From the NCBI GenBank assembly GCA_016699385.1, contig CP064974.1, positions 3,242 through 67,241 on the forward strand: DNA of 64,000 nucleotides, in the 5' to 3' direction. The notes beneath the pieces were generated by a model that saw only the letters and a list, made by a program, of their open reading frames with translations, made no database searches and was not told the DNA's origin. The DNA is from Candidatus Moraniibacteriota bacterium (GTDB lineage: Bacteria > Patescibacteriota > Minisyncoccia > Moranbacterales > UBA1568). Below are positions 1 through 11,773 of the stretch, piece by piece (within the stretch, counting starts at the first letter, position 1; every line of letters begins with the position of its first letter). A program made the translations under genes and the position numbers.

Positions 1-674
1 ACCGTGCCGGTATTTCGGAGGAAGAGGGTGAAGGCGACGGGCGGCGTCCAGAAGAACCAGGGCGCCGAGAATTCTTCGACGCGCATTTCCTCGCGAATGT
101 CGCCCGGGATGCGCACAAGGAGGAGGCTCCCTGACCATGGTGGAGAGGGCGACCTGCGCCTCTTGGTCTTTGTCTTCGGGAGGTTTGGTGCCGAGGAAGC
201 GACGCCGTAGTGACCGCCCGGCTCGGCGTCGTCCGGCACCTTGATGCGGAAGCGGAATTCGACGACCTGTTCGGGGAGTGCGACTTTGGGGTATAGGAAG
301 GGAGACCCAGTTGGCGATCGAGAAGCGCGAGCTGCTCTCGGCGCCGTCGTCCCGATTTCATACTTGGGTTCGCCACCATCACCGGAAGAAGGTGTGAAGT
401 TTCCCGCGGAGGATAGAGCTCGATCAGGGTTCTTGGTGGGATTGGTAATCTGGATGGTATGCGCCGTTTCTTCGCCAGGCTTCAATGTCATTTCAAATGA
501 TGGCGGCGAAAGCGTGAGTCCTTCAGCCGCCACCTCAAACGGAGTCGTTTGAGCCAGTGATATTTTGGCGAAAAAGTAAAATGCTTGCCAAAAAATATGA
601 TGATGGCGAATTTTTAAATGATAAATTTCAAATTTCAAAAGAAATTTGAATGATTGAATTTCAAAATTTGTCAT
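1..674 (-). CDS. partial CDS leaving the left window edge; secreted surface protein with CARDB/DUF11-like beta-sandwich sequence patterns
   Basis: The minus-strand frame is open from position 3 up to ATG codons at 491..489 and 674..672, with no in-window stop, which is why it is absent from the ORF track. The translation includes SFEMTLKPGEETAHTIQITNPTKNP and IKVPDDAEPGGHYGV. These are KPGE..T..I.I.N and VP.DA.PG.Y patterns typical of bacterial surface beta-sandwich domains. A hydrophobic IFWQAFYFFAKISLA stretch upstream of Met-491 would serve as a signal peptide if the 674 start is used. The start codon is uncertain. Confidence 0.35.
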   Translation of the reverse strand, partial: MTNFEIQSFKFLLKFEIYHLKIRHHHIFWQAFYFFAKISLAQTTPFEVAAEGLTLSPPSFEMTLKPGEETAHTIQITNPTKNPDRALSSAGNFTPSSGDGGEPKYEIGTTAPRAARASRSPTGSPFLYPKVALPEQVVEFRFRIKVPDDAEPGGHYGVASSAPNLPKTKTKRRRSPSPPWSGSLLLVRIPGDIREEMRVEEFSAPWFFWTPPVAFTLFLRNTGT

Positions 675-741
675 TAAAACATATTTTGTAATTTAGATTT
701 TTTCATTTGAAATTATTTTAGAGCAAATACTAAAAAAAGGC

Positions 742-1657
742 TTACGCCCCTCTTTTTGAAAGTAGCGGAGAATATATTCGGCTAAAAGTTCCCGTGCAAA
801 TATACGTGATCGTGGTTGAGTAGGCGCCGGCTTGGGTGGTGGCGGCGACGTTTACGATATAGGACACGGTGAAGGTGGTGGAGGCGGTGGCGGCGTTTGC
901 TGTCGCCAGGTTGGTGGTGGTATCAGCGATGAAACGATACTCGTCGGCAGTGTTGTAATCGGAAGCGGGGGCGCCTGTGCCGCCAGAGGGCTCGGCGCCG
1001 GTATTGGGGTTGCGTTGTCTTTGAGGTTGATACCCGAACTGCTCGGTGCCGGTCGAGGAAGTGGTCTTGGTTCCCATGGCGTCAATCGTATTTGCGCCGC
1101 TCGTCAAGGTGGCGCCGTAGTAGGTGATGGTGTAGCCGCTTGTTGCATTGGTGGCGGCGGCAAGGGTATTGGCGGTGCCGTTATTGAAACCGGTGTTGGA
1201 AGAATCGGGATTCAAGACACCACCGGAACAGGTGAGAGACGGTATTTTGCGAGAGCGTGAAGGTGAGATAGGGATCAATGGTGGTTGAAACCACCACCTG
1301 ATCGTCATCGACGATTGCAGTTGCGATTTGTCCCGTGTCGCCGAAAGTACCGGTAATGGCAATGACATAGTTTGCGGCGGTTGTCGGATTGTCGATTTGA
1401 GATCGCCGCCCGGAGGCGTTGGTGCCGATTTCGACGACAACTTTCCATCCGGCGGTGATCGCGGTGCCACCGCTACTCGGATAGGTGAGGGTGAGGACGC
1501 GATTCTCGGTGCCAGAAAAGGCGGCGCCCCAGGTTGCGGCACCGGCCGATCCGGCGAGTGTTGCTTCGTTTTCATAGCCGGTCGAGGCGCCGTAGGAGAG
1601 AATCGACATCGCCAAAATCAAGACCGGTTGCATCAAAATCCGACGGGAAGGTGACAA
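742..1657 (-). CDS. secreted hypothetical protein, apparently frameshifted (two overlapping ORFs 1181..1657 and 742..1575)
   Basis: The N-terminal ORF starts with a signal-peptide-like MQPVLILAMSILSYGAS segment. The 3' part continues in another frame with a T/S/N/G-rich low-complexity sequence ending ...TITYICTGTF. One frameshift near 1200-1260 would join the two ORFs. I recognise no protein family. Confidence 0.4.
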
Positions 1658-1670
1658 TAATAGTATCCCG

Positions 1671-1898
1671 TCACTTCCGCGGCGCCGGTCGGCGATGTGA
1701 ATCCGGATCGGTGATTGGAAAACTCGTCTTTTTGACGCGACTCTGAGTGTCGGAGAGCGCGGTAAGAGAGGCGGCCTTGGCTTGATTTACGAATACGCCA
1801 AGAGAGATAACAAAAACAAGGACGACTGAGAACGCTCCGCCTAGAGCATTTTTCATTTGCGCCCAAACGGGTTTTCGCCTGCGTCTTTTGGAAGGCAT
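1671..1898 (-). CDS. small predicted signal-peptide/membrane protein upstream of the secreted protein
   Basis: 75-aa ORF with MKNALGGAFSVVLVFVISLGVFVNQAKA (hydrophobic core followed by AKA-A). It ends 14 nt before the next minus-strand ORF. It could also be a 5' remnant of that gene. Confidence 0.25.
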   Translation of the reverse strand: MPSKRRRRKPVWAQMKNALGGAFSVVLVFVISLGVFVNQAKAASLTALSDTQSRVKKTSFPITDPDSHRRPAPRK

Positions 1899-2061
1899 AA
1901 TTTTGTTTTCCAGTGAGACTCTTTTTTTGAATTCTCTATCTCAGAATCCCTTCTATGGGAAATAGTTAAAGTATTTTTGTTTTTTACGAAGGAGTCGAGA
2001 GAATTAATGTCAAATACTTAGAGCTCTTCACTTTTCTCATGCTCTCCGCTAGGATGGAAAT

Positions 2062-3697
2062 ATGAAAGAACTCTTGCAATCAGCACTCAAAGACGCATTC
2101 CAATCACTTTTCGATGAAGGAGGGAAGACTCTTTCGTGTGAAGGGGAACCTTCTTTCGATGTGACATTCCCAAAAGATGACTCGCATGGAGACTATACAT
2201 CGAACATTGCTCTTTTCGCTTGCGAGGCATTTGAAGCAATCGCCACTTGATATAGCTCACCGTCTTGAAGAGCAGTTGTCCAAGGATAATCGCTTGAGAC
2301 AATTTACTATTGAAGTTATTTGCTCGGGGTATATCAATTTTTCGGCCACTCCGGAGATGCTTGCGGAATTGTAGCGGAAATATGCGCCAAGAAGAATGAA
2401 TATGGCGCACAAGAGCTCAATGATCATGGCAAGATTCTTCTGGAATTCATCTCTGCCAACCCGACCGGACCGCTCCATATGGGGAATGCTCGCGGAGGAT
2501 TCTTTTGGTGATACGCTCTCGCGAATTCTGAAGAAGTGCGGCTATGACGTTTCAACTGAATATTATGTGAATGATGCCGGGGAGCAGGTTGCGAAGCTTG
2601 GGCATAGTGTCCTTAAAGATACTGAAGCGGTATATGGTGGTGAGTATATCGATGATCTTGGGAAGAGATGGGCGCGACAGTCGGAACTTCGAGTAGACCG
2701 ATCCGCGAGTTGTTGGAGCGTGGGCAGGGCGGATTGTTCTGGAAGAATACATTCAGAAAACCGTTTCGGAGCGAATGGGAATATCGTTTGACGATTTTAT
2801 CTCTGAAAAAAACGATATCGTCGAGGCAGGATATGTCGATCGGGCAATCTCGTTTCTCAAAGAGGAGGGACTGACCCATGAAGAGCAAGGCGCTCTTTGG
2901 CTTCGGACGACGGTATGGTGATGATAAAGACCGAGTACTCATAAAAGCAAATGGAGAAAGGACCTATTTTGCGTCGGACTGTGGGTATCTTCTCCACAAA
3001 AAGGAACGTGGCTTTGACCGAATCAGCGAGGTCTGGGGTGCTGATCACCATGGGTATGTGGCGAGGTTTCACGCGGCGGCGGAGGCACTTGGCTTTGCCG
3101 GGATCGAGTGACGTTTACACTGGTTCAATTGGTACCGCTTGGTAAAGAATGGTCAGAAGTCCGCATGTCCAAGCGCGCTGGGAATATCGTGACGGTAGAT
3201 GAATTGCTCAATCGGATTGATGTTGATGTGGTGCGATTCTTCTTTCTCATGTATTCCCTGATACACATGAATTTCGATATGGGACTTGCCGAAGAGCGAA
3301 GTCAGAAGAACCCGGTCTTCTATGTACAGTATGCTCATGCGCGTATGGCGAGTATTTTCCGGAAAGCCGAAGAAGAACTTGGTATGAATATGCAAGAATT
3401 CTCTGTCAATCAAGAAGAAATACACCTTCAGAATTCGAAAGAGATTCTTTTGGTGCGACACTTGGCGAGATTTTCAGAAGTGCTTTGCTCTGCCGTTGGA
3501 AACGTCTACTGTGCACCAGCTTCCTCAGTATGCGATTCGTCTCGCCGATCTTTTCCACTCGTTTTACAACGAATGTACGGTTCTTGATTCCGGGAATATG
3601 CCCGTGACACGATCACGTCTCGCGCTTGTCGGTGCGACCAAGAATGTGTACTCGCGGAGACGCTTCGATTGATTGGTGTCTCTGTGCCAGAGAGGAT
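2062..3697 (+). pseudogene. argS: arginyl-tRNA synthetase gene broken into at least 6 frames
   Basis: Consecutive ORF pieces carry ArgRS hallmarks: [17 protein letters not shown] (HIGH region), the YVNDAGEQV segment, GADHHGY, the anticodon-binding region RFFFLMY...VQYAHARM, and the C-terminus ...LRLIGVSVPERM* ending at 3697. At least six frame changes are needed to read through. One maps to a T-run (ctcttttcg near 2215). Confidence 0.8.
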
Positions 3698-3781
3698 GTG
3701 AGGCAATTTTCTTGTGGCGCGTTCTTTGACAGTGCTTGGCGCTTTGTTATGCTGACCAAAGTGTCAGTTTTTCTTTTCTTT

Positions 3782-5614
3782 CTATGTCCACCCCGCTTCA
3801 TATTTTGAAAACGCAGGTTTAGGTTTGATCCGTTTCGCTCTCATCAGGAGGCGATTATCGAAGCAGTGCTCGCTGGGAGAGATGCCTTTGTGCTCATGCC
3901 GACGGGCGGTGGGAAGTCGCTTTGCTATCAGATTCCAGCGCTCCTTTTGCCAAATGTCACTGTGGTTATTTCGCCACTCATCGCGCTGATGAAGGATCAG
4001 TGGATGCACTTCCGGGTGGCTGGTGTTGCGGCGGAATATCTCAATTCGTCGCTCTCGCCCGAAGAGCAGGATCGGGTGCTCGCCTCTCTTGTGCGCAGGA
4101 AGACGAAGCTCTTGCATATTGCGCCCGAGCGACTTTTGGCGCGTCATCCCTTGTTCCGTTCTTGCAAGAAGTGGGCGTGTCACTTTTTGCGGTTGATGAG
4201 GCGCACTGTATCTCGGCATGGGGACATGATTTTCGTCCGGAGTATCGCTTCCTTTCCGACCTCAAGAAATTCTTCTCTGCGACGCCGACGGTCGCGCTCA
4301 CGGCAACGGCGGACGATTTGACGAGTCAGGATATTGTCGAACGACTCGCGCTCCACTCACCGCTCTTTTTCAAATCGAGCTTTGACCGTCAAATATCCAC
4401 TATACTATCAACCGAAAGCAAAGATTTTGAGCGATTGATTCGCTATCTTGCAACGCGCCGCAATGATTCCGGTATTGTCTATACGCTGTCACGGAAATCT
4501 GCTGACAGTGTGGCAAGGCGACTTACTGAAGCAGGATTCTCGGCGCTATCCTATCATGCAGGGCTCGATGCGAGTGTACGAGACAAACATCAGGGTCGAT
4601 TTCTCCGCGATGAGACCAAGATTATTGTTGCGACGATTGCTTTTGGTATGGGAATCAACAAGTCCAATGTGCGATTTGTTGTCCATATGGATCTCCCCAA
4701 GAATATCGAGCTACTATCAGGAGACGGGGCGTGCTGGCCGGGATGGTCTTCAGAGTGAAGCGCTCCTCTTCTATTCGCCGGCAGATGTGCAGAAGCTCGC
4801 ACGGTTTGCACTCGTTGATGGGAATGAAGAGCAATCGGTCGTTATGCTCCGCAAGCTCAAACAGCTGGCAGACCTCTGCGAGGCAAATGTGTGCCGACGA
4901 CATCTCATCTTGCGCTATTTCGGTGAAGTTTTTCCAGAATCATGCGATGCCTGTGATGTGTGTCTCTCCGAACGGACGACATTTGATGGCACGCTTATTG
5001 CGCAGAAATTGCTTTCGGCAGTCTTTCGTCTCCATGAGCGAGTTGGTCTTGGCTATACTATAGGACGTGCTTCGCGGATCGAAATCCGAGAAGATCTGCC
5101 CTGAGCATCGTGCCATAAAAACTTTGGCGCGGGCACAGACACTTCTCGGGAAGCGTGGTTTCGCTATGCCAAGGATCTCATCGCATTGGGATTCCTGAAG
5201 CAAGTGGGCGAACCATACCCGACACTTTCACTGACAGAGAAGAGCGCTGCTGTACTTCGTGGTGAGACACGGGTAATGCTGACCGCTTCAGTGGAAGTCA
5301 AAAAGGAAGTAGAGGTAGTCATTCCTGCTCACGAAGCGACACTTCTCGATCAACTCAAAGCGCTTCGTACGGACTATGCGCAGAAAGAAAACGTGCCGCC
5401 CTACATTATCTTCTCCGATGCGACACTTCTCGAGCTTGCCACATTTCTTCCATCGGACATATCCGAGCTTGCGAATCTCTGGCTTCGGAGAAGTGAAGAC
5501 GCGGCGATATGGCAAAGCCTTCCTCAGTGTTGTCGCTACCTATTGTCGAGAACACGGACTGTCATCAAAATGTCGGAGAAAATTTCGGTTCGGTTCTCGC
5601 GAAAGATAAGGTGA
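3782..5614 (+). pseudogene. recQ: RecQ-family ATP-dependent DNA helicase, multiply frameshifted
   Basis: Pieces carry RecQ motifs: AFVLMPTGGGKSLCYQIPAL (Walker A), AVDEAHCISAWGHDFRPEY (motif II), YYQETGRAGRDG (motif VI), a Cys-rich RecQ-Ct zinc region (CDACDVC) and a C-terminal HRDC-like segment (5186..5614). The start MSTPLHILKTQV at 3782 is followed immediately by a frame change. The helicase core is spread over at least four reading-frame segments (3782, 3866, 3922, 4448). Confidence 0.8.
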
Positions 5615-5822
5615 CGCAGAAGTCTGTTTGCCGAGAGACAGGGGTCTCAGCGCGATAGAGACGCACTTTTGGAAAGTTGAGATTTCTCAACTTCGCTCGG
5701 AAATGGCTATGGCTTCCGCTCTATCGTTTCAAGCAAAGTATTTTCTCTCGTATTCTGCGGAGGGCGAGTTGTTTCAGAAGATGCGCGTGTGATGATACAA
5801 TGGTGATATCAAAACCCCCTCT

Positions 5823-7321
5823 ATGAAACTCTCCCTCACATTTCCTCCAGTGGGGCGGCATCGCCGCCGTGCTGCTTGTTGTCGTCGGACTCAAACTACG
5901 ATTTCGAATCCAAAGCCAGCATGCAGCTCAATGGTTCTGTCGAGAGCTCGCTCTCCCAATCCCTCCGCGGCTACTGGAAACTCGATGACGGCTCCGGCAC
6001 CAACGCGACCGACAGTAGCGGAAACACGAACACCCTCGCCATGACCGGCTCCCCCGAGTTGGACGACGGGGAATATCGGTCCATACGCTCTCGACTTCTC
6101 CGGCTCCGGACAATACCTCTCCGTCGCCGATCCCGCAAGCGGTGTCCTCGACTTTGCCGATGGCGCCGACTTCTCCATCACCGGCTGGTTCAACCGAGAC
6201 TTTTCACCGCCGATCACGATCGTCGCCAAGAAAACAGATCTAACGACCAATGCCGGCTATGTGCTATGGATAGATAACAATGGAGGAACCGATTACCTCA
6301 ACTTCGAGATCGCCGATGGAACCGATACCTACAGCGTCGCTTCCTCTACCGACTTCAGCGCGACCGGTTGGCACAACTTTGCCGCCGTCTGGGATGACTC
6401 GAACGGCATGTATCTCTATATAGATGGCGGTCTCAACAGTAGCACGACCACATCAACCGCAAGTATCGGCAGTCTCGCCAATACCAATGCCTTCCGTATC
6501 GGCGCGGAATCAGATGCGGGCGTTCCCTTTGACGGGAAGCTCCGACGATATTCGCGTCTATGGCTCCGCCCTGAGCGCAAGCGATGTCTTGAAGCTCTAC
6601 CAAACGACCGCGCCGGCACAGCCGGTCGACACAGGGCTCGTCGGGCACTGGACCTTTGACGGACCGGATATTGCGGGGACGACCGCGATCGATCGGTCAA
6701 GTTTGGGAATAATGGAACGATAACGGGAGCGGTACCGACGATCGGGAAATTGGGCCAGGGGATGGGGTTTGATGGGACGGCGTCTACCTCAATCGATGCC
6801 GGGTCGGGGAGTTCTCTCGATAATCTGCCTGCCATGACCATAGCTTTCTGGGTGCGCATTGAATCCTTCCCGACCTTAAAGAACTATGTCCTCTCGAAAG
6901 ATTTGAATTGTTGCGGCGCGTCGGTCGGATGGATAACATCATTCCATTCGTACTACAAAATGTTTGCCCTCGAAGTACAATACGATGGCGGAACGAATTT
7001 GAACGCGAGTACACCGGACAATAGTTTCACTAGCAGTGACTTCGGAGTATGGACGCATGTGGCAGTCACTTGGACAGGAGCCAGTCAACATCGGGTATGA
7101 CCTTCTACAAAAAACGGAGTCAGCTTTGACAACAAGCAATTGGGATGACGGAATAGGGGAGCCGTGCTGATGATAGCGGCTATCCGGTTACAAATTGGCG
7201 CCGCCCCAAACTACGAAGGGGAAATGGAATTGACGGCTCCCTCGACGATATACGCCTCTATACCCGCGTCCTCTCGGCGACGGAAGTAGTGAACCTCTAT
7301 ACTCTCCAGGCGGTAGGGTGA
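5823..7321 (+). pseudogene. degraded paralogue (copy A) of the 3xLamG surface protein
   Basis: Fragmented frames reproduce blocks of the intact 38066..40228 protein (SQSLRGYWKLDDGSGTNATDSSGN..., WIDNNGGTDYLNFEIADGTDTY..., DDIRVYGSALSASDV...). There are several frame changes, plus a TM-like WGGIAAVLLVVVGL segment that is out of frame with the ATG. Confidence 0.65.
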
Positions 7322-7437
7322 TAGATGGAACGAGAAGCTTAGATACCTCATTCAATCCATTCAAGCGTGTTCATTTGTAAAAAATAATTTTCTAGCCGTC
7401 ATCCATACTGCCCCTCAAAATATCGGTCAAGAAGAGA

Positions 7438-10400
7438 ATGTTTCCATCAGTTTTCTTTTCGGTCACTGCCCTTTTTCTGTTCGTCGGTATTTCTTCAAGC
7501 GCCGAAGCAACCAAACAAATATGTGCGCCAGGTGCTTCTGGGAGTGGGAGCGATTGGGCGAACGCGTATGCGACATTGCCGAGCGATCTGACCCGCGGCG
7601 ATACCTACTACATCGCGGATGGGAGTTACGGCAGCTACACCTTCGACGACAACGCCAGCGGTACAACGCCGATCACTATCAAGAAATGCACTGCGAGCGA
7701 TCAAGGACGGAGACGGGGTACAGTTCGGCTTATTGCGACGGGCAGGCGGTATTTGGGTCATTTATTTTTGCGAGTGACTACTGGATTATTGATGGTGCAA
7801 CGCGGAATGAAAGTAATTGGGCTGATGGTGGTGCGTACGGTTTCCGCGTATCAACGTTCTCGGCGAACACGTCATTCTCGCCGGGAGTGTGCGCATCTAA
7901 TCTGACAATGCAGTATGTGAACGCAGGGGGCACGCCCACGGAAACCCGCCGACAGGCGGCGTGGACGCAGCATTTTTATATAGGCGGTTTTGATGAATAT
8001 TGTCAGAATTGGACGATGTCTCACAACTATGTGCACGACACAATCACAACCTATCATATGAATGGAGTACGGGGCGGGTTGATCGAGTACAGCTATATCG
8101 TAAATGGATGGTCAAAAGGAAGCGATCCGCGGTCAAATTTGTATGAGCAATTTTCCATTCGGCATAATATCTTCAAGGATTCCTGTCAGGGGAATCCTGC
8201 CGATCCCACAGCTGGTGCTTGTACTGGGACAATTGCCCTTTTTGATGGTTTTACGAAAACTCGGCATACGGGCTAATTCGAAAATCTACGGAAATGTTTT
8301 ATGGGTAATCAATAGTGCATCTATGCAAGATGCTATCATTGTTATCGGTGGATCAAACGACAATGTTCCGGGAGTGGAAATCTACAATAATACCCTGGCG
8401 GGTTTTAAGGAAGGGAATCTCGCTGGCTTGGTCCGAGGTTCGGGTAGCGTATGCCGAAACAATCTGTCATACGATACTGCCGCATCGGTTGCCTATAGTT
8501 GCTCGTCATCGTCAAATAACATTCACAGTAATATTTCCCCGTTCGTCAACTACTCAGGAGGAGATTTCCGCCTGTCTGGAGCTACGGCGGCGGGTTATTC
8601 TGGGTTCCTACAACGCGGATTTATTGAGCAATACCCGCGGGGCCGACGGGCACCTGGGACATCGGCGCCTACGAGTACACCTCCGGCTCTAGTACCCCGA
8701 CACCACTTCTCCCACTTCTCCCACCGGCCTCGCCGCAAACGCCACGAGCCAATCGAGCATCACCGTCTCCTGACCGCCTCGACCGATCCGATAGTCGCGG
8801 GACAGACCACCTCAGGTATTTCCAATTACATCGTCGAGCGCTGCCAAGGCTCCGGTTGTTCCACCTTCACCCAAGTCGGCACTCCGACCACCTCTCCCTT
8901 CGTCGACTCCGGCCTCACGCCAAACACCTTTTACAACTACTCACGTCCGCGCTGACCGATGCCCGGGAATCTCTCCGGCTGGTCCAATGTGGTCGGTGCC
9001 ACCACGCAGTCGGGCGGAGTCAATTATTACATCCGTGACGGAGGCACATCCTCAACCTGTACCGACTGGACGAATGCCTGTGGATTCGCTTCCCGTCGAC
9101 TCTGGTGCGCGGGGCAACCTACTATATCGCGGATGGGAGTTACGGCAGCTACACCTTCGACGACGACGCGAGCGGTACGACACCGATTACAATCAAGAAA
9201 TGCATTGCGAGCGATCACGGGACGGGGACGGGATACAGTGCGGACTATTGCGACGGGCAGGCGGTATTTGGCGGTCTGTATTTGCTCTCGCCCTTACTAT
9301 GTCATCGACGGCGCCACGCGAAAATGAAAGTAACTGGAAGGACGCCGGGGCTTATGGCATTAGAGCGACTGAAGTTCGGGCGTCTCGGCTCGATGGAGGA
9401 CATTTCCCATCAGGTGAATGCTCGGCGGATAATCTGTCGTTCAGCTATTTGCACGTCGGCAATACGGGACTACTTATGCCACATACACCGGGTCGAGATC
9501 TTTTTATCTAGGCGGGTTTGGGGCGGTGCGCTAGCCTGCCAAAAATTGGTCGATCTCTCGGGTACTTATTCAGAACACGCTGGAGTTGCAGTGCGCTGGC
9601 GGCGAAGGGCTTCTTGTTGAGAAAAGCTGTTTTACAAAGGTTGGTCCAAGGAAGCAATAGGGGGCAAGTGCATTGCAAGGATGCGATTGTTCGATGGAAT
9701 ATTTTTGAGGATTCATGTCACAATCCGCAAGAGGGCTATGCTTGTACTGGTGAAATTGCTGCTTGGGATGGAAATGCCAACTCAATGGATGCGTGGCAAT
9801 CTATGGTAATGTCTTCTACAAGACAGGGCAAGACACTTATCTCAATACAGACGCTGTTGTGATGATTGGAGATACGGTTGGTCCTGGGCCGACATTAATA
9901 ATTCCGTTGCATACGACAATACTATTGCAGGAATTAAGGTTGGTTATAATTCGAGCATCCACTAAACGGTGGCACAGGCAATGTCTGTCGCAATAATCTC
10001 TGGTATGATACCAAGACCAGTGGTTGTTCCGCGAATACTTCTAGCAATAATATCCTAGCTACTAGCAATCCGTTTGTTAATTATCCGGGCGGCGATTTGC
10101 GATTGTCCGGTACCACGGCGGCGGGTTATTCTCTGGGTTCACCCTACAACGCGGATTTATTGGGCAGCACCCGCGGTGCCGACGGCACCTGGGACATCGG
10201 CGCCTACGAGTACACCTCCGGCTCTAGTACCCCTGACACCACTTCTCCCACGTCTCCCATTTTACAACTATCATGTCCGCGCAACCGATGCCGCCGGGAA
10301 TCTCTCCGGCTGGAGCAATGTGGTCGGCGCCACCACACAAGCTCCTGATACGCAAGCGCCCACAGCTCCGAGTAATCTCCAAACCTCCGTCGTCTCATCC

Positions 10401-11736
10401 TCCAGCATCAACCTCGCCTGGACGGCAAGCACAGACAATGTCGCCGTCACCAATTACACCGTCGAACGCTGCTCCGGAACTTCCTGCACCACCTTCACCC
10501 AAATCGCCACTCCAACGACCAACTCCTACTCCGACGCCGGTCTTACGGGAACGACGACCTACCGCTACCGAGTCCTCGCAACCGATGCCGCCAACAACAC
10601 TTCCCCCTACTCAAATATTGCTTCCGCCACGACCCCCGAGACACCTCCCGTCTCCCAGTATCTCCAGGCGGGCTACAACTTTGCCGAAGGCACCGGCACC
10701 ACGACCCAAGACATCTCCGGTCACAATCACACCGGTACTCTCTCCAATACCACCTGGTCGACGAGCGGCAAATACGGAAACGCTCTCGACTTTAACGGAA
10801 CGAGCAGCTCTGTCGGTATTGGAAACTGGAACATTCCCGGAAGCGCCATCACCCTAAGCGCCTGGGTACGGGCGGACGACTGGAAGACGGACGATGTCCG
10901 CATCCTCTCCAAAGCAACCGACAGTACCGAACAGGGACATACCTGGATGCTCTCCGATTCCAATAGTCTCCTCCGCTTCCGCCTCAAAACCGGTGGCACA
11001 ACCACAACCCTCGTTGCAACGAGCGGCACTCTCCAAACAAATGTCTGGACTCATGTCGCCGCGGTCTATGACGGAAGCACGATGACACTCTACAAAGACG
11101 GACTCGAAGTCGGAAGCCAAGCCAAAACCGGCACCATCGATCAAAACACCGCCAACATTTCAATCGGAGCAAACCCGAAGGCTCCAACTCCTTTGACGGT
11201 ACGATAGACGATGTCCGCATCTACAACAAGGCGCTCACGCAACAAGAAATCCAAACCGATATGAATACCCCGCTCACCCAAGGAGGAAGCGGAACCCAAG
11301 TTTGCAACACCGTGACGACCGCGAACTTCTCCGATGCCGCTTACAACAGTTACGGCGCGCCTTTCGATGCGTTTCAAACGAGTACGAATCTGATGAATGC
11401 ACTGTGCACCAGCGCCGACACGCATACCATCACGTTCACGACCGGAGTAACGGAGACACCGCGAGAATCGTCTACACCAAAGGCTACTGGTACGATGCAA
11501 TAGGAAGCGCCTGGCGACAATACACCGGCACCTGCACGGGAGCGCTCAATGGCGAGTGGTGCCAAGGCTCCGTCTCCGCGACGATCACGGATGCCAATGT
11601 CTCCACTTCCGGGACGGGCTCACCCACCTACCTGGTCGGGATGACCTGCAGTGTGCAGGGAGGTGGGTGGAAGTGTGGGTGTAGAGATACGACGTGCGCG
11701 AATTTTTCGTGGCAGATACAGGGAGCGGGGATGTAG
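7438..11736 (+). pseudogene. degraded paralogue (copy A) of the large beta-helix/FN3/LamG surface protein
   Basis: The signal peptide MFPSVFFSVTALFLFVGISSSAEA is followed by more than 10 ORF fragments. Together these recapitulate the domain order of the 40316..44951 protein: beta-helix, FN3, second beta-helix, FN3x2, LamG, then the Cys-rich C-terminal domain ending GAGM* at 11736. Confidence 0.7.
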
Positions 11737-11773
11737 AAACGAAGATTTTGCGTCCCAATTATCTTTCCAACCT

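Noticed and set aside
241-552. Plus-strand ORFs 4..210 and 241..552
   Set aside because: Arg/Gly-rich low-complexity translations. The opposite strand carries a continuous open frame with recognisable surface-domain patterns that runs off the window edge.
10273-10857. Pro/Ser-rich ORFs overlapping the FN3 regions (10273..10857, 15295..16182, 43081..44070) and antisense ORFs (e.g. 20778..22235 opposite atpA, 26913..28250 opposite leuS, 19962..20774)
   Set aside because: These are alternate-frame or antisense artefacts of GC-rich or repetitive coding sequence. The sense frames have clear homology (FN3/LamG, AtpA, LeuRS).
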